This document shows, one piece after another, positions 61,171 through 64,000 of a DNA stretch of 64,000 bases. Position 1 is the first letter of the stretch; each line of letters opens with the position of its first letter. The translations under genes and the position numbers were made by a program. This DNA is from Octopus sinensis (Eukaryota): assembly GCF_006345805.1 (NCBI RefSeq), contig NC_043000.1, positions 115,382,001 to 115,446,000 of the forward strand, in the 5' to 3' direction. Under the pieces are notes generated by a model. That model did no database searches, was not told the DNA's origin, and saw only the letters and a list, made by a program, of their open reading frames with translations.

Positions 61171-61559
61171 GGATCTTTTGGGTTTGAACGGCAGGTTTTT
61201 AAAATAATTTCCACGTAACTAAACACTTTTAAACTTCGTATACTGGTAGAATGTGTTTATAAAAGATCTTTTTCTCTTGGCTTTATTGAAAAAATTCTAT
61301 AGGTTGTAAGATATTTTCTGCAATTTCAACCAATCAATGACGTCTATTGAGGTGAAAACATTCTGTGCCATATGAATATGTCCTTCGTTTAAGAAACAGA
61401 TTGGGTTTATTTACATTTCTGAAGAAAAAAAGATACCCTTTCCCCCACCCCTAACCCTAAAATAGATTGAAATGCAATAGATCGATACTAGGGTCATAAT
61501 TATGGGTGACAATTTCATGACACCGCTAGAAAGAACTGCCGTTCAAACCGAAAAGATCC
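61171..61559. mobile_element. TIR MITE (~390 bp), superfamily uncertain
   Basis: 24-bp TIR ggatcttttgggtttgaacggcag / ctgccgttcaaaccgaaaagatcc, one mismatch. Confidence 0.85.
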
Positions 61560-61922
61560 CTTAAATCAAATCCAATTTTGCATAATAACAATAATGTGTA
61601 AAGTACTGTTTGTCTGAAGTCCTTGTGACTTGACAGACAGTACAAACCCCTGGTACACACAATATCTTCAATCTACACATGCATGGACAACCTGCGGCCC
61701 TTGACAAGTTCCTAGGTTACTAATTTCATACTAAGACAAATAAAATTAAGAATAACTGCAACAAAATTCAGTGTAAAGTGGGCAAGGGATATTTCATGCA
61801 TACGTGTTTTATCACGCCGCCCGCTCCCACTTGGAAATGGTACGATGCGGCCCCAACTTCACGAAAAATTGCTCATTCCTGTACAACGTCACTATATTGG
61901 ATACTGTGCGACGTCTTCAATT

Positions 61923-62310
61923 ATAATAATAATAATTAATTAATTCTCGTTTATTGGCCACATGGGCTAACGAAAATCAAATAAAGCATGTAAGGACAAA
62001 ATACAGGACGAAATTTACAAAAGGGTTTTGTCCGTTTGAAAAGTCTGTGTACAAATGCAAGATAACAACGAAAAATATAACAAATAATAGGGAGAGGCGC
62101 TTCGAAAGGTTACTCGTGGAAAAACCCATATAAACCACGGGAGCCCTTTTCTCCTTTTATATTTACCTTTTTTTTTTTTTTGTCACAGGTGTAACCTCAG
62201 AATTGGTCCGTTCATACTGGCCATTCTTCCGACATTCACCCACCTTTCAATAAATTTGCTACGAGACAGCACTTCCCTCTCTACTCTCACCTTCCTTTTC
62301 AAGTGAAACA
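61923..62310 (-). mobile_element. 3' end of a Tx1/L1-type LINE
   Basis: 62308-62183 reads FHLKRKVRVEREVLSRSKFIERWVNVGRMASMNGPILRLHL* (F..RW terminal motif), then a 3' UTR ending caataaa and (ATT)n. Confidence 0.65.
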
Positions 62311-62599
62311 ATAATAATAATAGTTTATATTCCTAGGTATGTGCAGTTAGTTAATGCAGCTGACTGTGCAATAGCTGGTTTCTCATCTTGTTGTCGTATA
62401 TGTAGCTGATATTTATATATAGAATTATAAACATATTATTACACGCGTACTTTTATTTCTGTAAGATTTTACGATACGAAAAAGAAGAAGAAAAGACACC
62501 AGCAATAAATAGTTCATTCTTTCAAAAGTTAGCATTCATTTAACCTTTACTCTGACTTTTACGTCTCTGTCACGTTCGTCAAGGTCACACACATATATA

Positions 62600-63863
62600 C
62601 AGGCGTTGCTGTGTTGTAAGAAGCTTGCATCCTAGCCGCATGGTTCCGGGTTCAGTCTCACTGCATGGTATCTTGGGCAAGTGTCTGCTACTATACTATA
62701 GTCTCCGGTCGACCAAAGCCTTGTGAGTGGATTTGGTAGACGGAAACTGAAAGAAGCCCGTTGTATATATATATATATATAACGCGGAGTATTTGAAACA
62801 GACAACTGAAGAAGGGGAATATTCTTTATGTTGTATGTCTCGTTTCTCAGTTTTTTTTTTGGGGGGGGGGGTCGAAAAAAGTTCGTTTCTATGTTTTTGT
62901 TATGTTTTCGTTTCTCATGGTGTTCAAAGTTTTTTGATGTCCTGTACCCATATATGCATGTCTATATACATATATATGTAGGTATGTACATATAAATCCT
63001 TTAAAATGTTTTAGCCCGAAGGCCGTGGCCATACTGGGGCACCACCGCTGAATGAGCTACACTAATATGTGAATCCACCTCTGATACGTGGCACTTGGTC
63101 AACAAGGGAGTTCGATGCCGCTGCCCGCATCTGTGTCTCCTGTCGTGAGGTAGGTTCATCTGGGACCCCCGACAAGAAGAGATCCAGTTTAGTTTTAAAG
63201 AAACCCACACCATGCAAGTCTCTCAGGCATTTAGGGAGGATGTTAAAGAGCTGTGGTCCTCTGAAACCCAAGCTGTTGCAGTATCTGGTCCTGTATTTTG
63301 ATGGTGATGTTGGAATCTTTGGCACCATGCAGAGGCGCCCCGTTCTGCGGTTGGGGTAACTTTGAATGCCAAAGTTTGGGACAAGACCCTCCAGGATTTT
63401 CCAGATGTATATCACCACATATCTCTCCCACCTTCGCTCTAGGGAGAAGAGGTTTAATACTTTCAGTCTTTCCCAGTAGCTGATATTTTGCATTGAGACA
63501 ATCTTTGTGTAGCTTCTTTGAATTGCTTCGAGTTCTGCTGTTAGTTTTATATTGTGTGGTGACCATAGTTGGGAGCAGTGTCCAAGCGGCTGAGGACGAA
63601 AGTTTTCCAGAGGACCATCAGTGTCTCCTCTCTTGTTCTGAAAGTTCGGAGAATCCATCTAACTAGCCGTCTGCATTTTATCACCAGATTAGTAATATGC
63701 ACTTGGAAAGATGCATCATTGCTCATGTCAATGCCCAGGTCACGCACTGATTTTGACTCAGGGATTGCAATTCTTCCCGGGCCAGTGTATCCAGTCTGCA
63801 TGTCGTTTACCTTTGTGTGCCGGTAGCGCACACAATATGCATATATTTATATATTATTTATGT

Positions 63864-63909
<46 letters not shown>

Positions 63910-64000
63910 GTGTGTGAGTGTGTTTGTCCCCCAGCCCGCCGTCGCTTGACAACCAATGCTGGTATCTTTACATCCCCGTAACTTAGCGGTTCGGCAAATG
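62600..64000 (+). mobile_element. SINE type A split at its central (TA)n by ~1.1 kb of insertions
   Basis: Head and core 62600-62780; 3' half resumes at about 63905 and runs off the window. Confidence 0.8.
62993..63845 (-). mobile_element. 5'-truncated CR1-clade LINE (RT C-terminus and 3' UTR) with a 1-bp frameshift near 63579
   Basis: SVRDLGI...WILRTF...SRLD/(Y)CSQLWSP...YWERLKVLNLFSLERR...FNILP...FKTKLDLFL..VPDEP across ORFs 63547-63831 and 63062-63658. Confidence 0.88.

Noticed and set aside
61340-61465. CCAAT, TGACGTC and cctaaccctaa motifs as promoter or telomere signals
   Set aside because: Short motifs internal to a MITE, with no evidence of function.
62795-62840. gacaaCTGAAGAagggg... 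as another hammerhead
   Set aside because: There is a core start and possible helix I/II, but no GAAA, so it is not supportable as a ribozyme.

Overview
AT-rich animal genomic DNA, most likely octopus (inferred from the tRNA-SINE and RTE repeat content). One host gene is supported: a + strand YTHDF m6A reader. It has a 1,335-nt coding exon at 4614-5948 carrying the whole YTH domain and a predicted terminal exon at 49060-49116 (ERRAAVSTNQRQKDSQVD*), 43 kb downstream. Two frame-preserving cassette-exon candidates (33 nt at 33028, 54 nt at 42488) are not in the ORF track. The 5' exons were not found. Most of the rest is nested mobile DNA: a 5'-truncated, frameshifted RTE LINE with a PHD-like finger inside its RT and a fourfold reiterated 3' UTR; CR1-, Tx1- and BovB-like LINE ends; at least four tRNA-headed SINE types; piggyBac-type (TTAA) MITEs; and non-autonomous Helitrons. 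The most unusual observations are: (1) Penelope-type minimal hammerhead ribozyme motifs, one family fused to a tRNA-derived SINE head in an inverted arrangement (53683-54077); (2) SINE tails that match LINE 3' ends present in the same window; (3) a MITE dimer that occurs twice and whose monomers were hit at the same site by an RTE and a Helitron; (4) a near-perfect 276-bp palindrome. All alignments were done by eye, and repeat boundaries are approximate unless termini or TSDs are quoted.
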